Shown in pieces: positions 63,477 to 64,000 of a stretch of DNA of 64,000 nt. The notes under the pieces are model-generated. The model was given only the letters and a program-made list of their open reading frames with translations, searched no databases and was not told the DNA's origin. The DNA is from a bacterium. GTDB taxonomy: Bacteria > Patescibacteriota > Minisyncoccia > Phycocordibacterales > UBA918. The stretch covers positions 4,939-68,938 of the forward strand of contig JAYTMA010000167.1 in NCBI GenBank assembly GCA_043728975.1. Reading direction: 5' to 3'. The first letter of the stretch is position 1. Every line of letters begins with the position of its first letter. Position numbers and translations under genes: made by a program.

Positions 63477-63959
63477 TTATTTGCCAAAACCTTGAAGGGC
63501 TTTTAATCGGGCAAGGTGAGCTGGTGAATTATCGTAATTAACTCTAGCGTTGTGCTCATTCAGCATGAAGCGCTCTTCGTCTCTGTTTCCGGCAGTTTCT
63601 GGTTTGATAGCTTCATAAGCCTGTCCCAAAACTGGAATATCACCTGCAAGTTCTTCCGCAGCCATTGCGCTATCACCTTGAAGAGCTGCATAACTAGCTC
63701 CTGCGAAAGGAACTACGCCCATGACTTTCTTACTTATATTTCTTAAGGCTTGAGACTTTGCTAGTTTTTCAGCAATGTTCTTTTGAAATTCATTTCCGGA
63801 GAGCTGCGGTACAACTTCTTTTGTTTTTATGTGCTCAGAAACATTTCTCATTGGGATTTCAAAGCCTTCAGAGAGCTTCTTGTCCTTAACATTGCTCTGG
63901 CTAGAGTTGGTCAGCTTGCTTAGCTCGAATTGTCGAGGGGATTCTTTTTTAGGTTTCAT
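63477..63959 (-). CDS. virion-associated protein (160 aa)
   Basis: Track ORF. Confidence 0.45.
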   Translation of the reverse strand: MKPKKESPRQFELSKLTNSSQSNVKDKKLSEGFEIPMRNVSEHIKTKEVVPQLSGNEFQKNIAEKLAKSQALRNISKKVMGVVPFAGASYAALQGDSAMAAEELAGDIPVLGQAYEAIKPETAGNRDEERFMLNEHNARVNYDNSPAHLARLKALQGFGK

Positions 63960-64000
63960 CTTTTTGTTTCTCTTTCGACATCTCGTCGATAGTTAGGGAT

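Overview
The whole 64-kb window looks like one large tailed-phage genome (or an excised prophage), about 42% GC, with no identifiable host genes. Positions 1 to about 45.5 kb are a densely packed plus-strand early, replication and nucleotide-metabolism module, usually joined by ATGA/TAATG overlaps. It contains a family A DNA polymerase with a 3'-5' exonuclease domain, a class II NrdJ-like ribonucleotide reductase, a dUTPase, an Erf-like ssDNA annealing protein next to a Cas4/RecB-like exonuclease, and a DnaB/RecA-fold helicase ATPase. It also carries a MoxR-type AAA+ ATPase with a von Willebrand factor A (VWA)/HExxH partner, a ClpP-like protease, a second secreted ClpP/S49-like peptidase, six free-standing HNH endonucleases (one fused to an AP2 domain), an SLT lytic transglycosylase, and a DUF3494 ice-binding-like lipoprotein. 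There are two tyrosine recombinases: a 375-aa integrase with an attP-like upstream region, and a 184-aa catalytic-domain-only fragment. Positions 45.5 to 64 kb are a minus-strand virion and lysis module. It holds an 868-aa coiled-coil tape-measure-like protein, Q/N/A-rich low-complexity proteins, a 1205-aa fibre/baseplate-like protein, fibronectin type III (FN3)-domain proteins, an M15 peptidase endolysin and a holin-like tail-anchored protein. No terminase, portal or HK97-type capsid protein is recognisable inside the window. The most unusual signals are these. First, a paralogous family of about 15 tiny proteins (60-90 aa), many starting M(S)KFKVGDRVV and nearly all ending SPL[YWFM][QKE]AL[KR]. 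Second, a strongly over-represented DNA decamer YGGCCCAGTT/AACTGGGCCR, with about 30 copies in both orientations and in all reading frames. Third, a lone opposite-strand SIR2_2 (Thoeris ThsA-like) NADase-type gene. Fourth, a circularly permuted C5 cytosine methyltransferase (motifs IX-X before I-VIII) interrupted at two G9-10 homopolymer tracts, either phase-variable or decayed, flanked by divergent lipoprotein morons. Fifth, a small two-helix membrane peptide translationally coupled to a CPBP/Abi intramembrane protease. Sixth, a thrice-repeated 25-28 bp leader element in front of three consecutive small genes. Seventh, an extended conserved promoter element (TTGCAY-N17-TAATAT followed by GTGCTAATATGATYCAAG) recurring across the early region.
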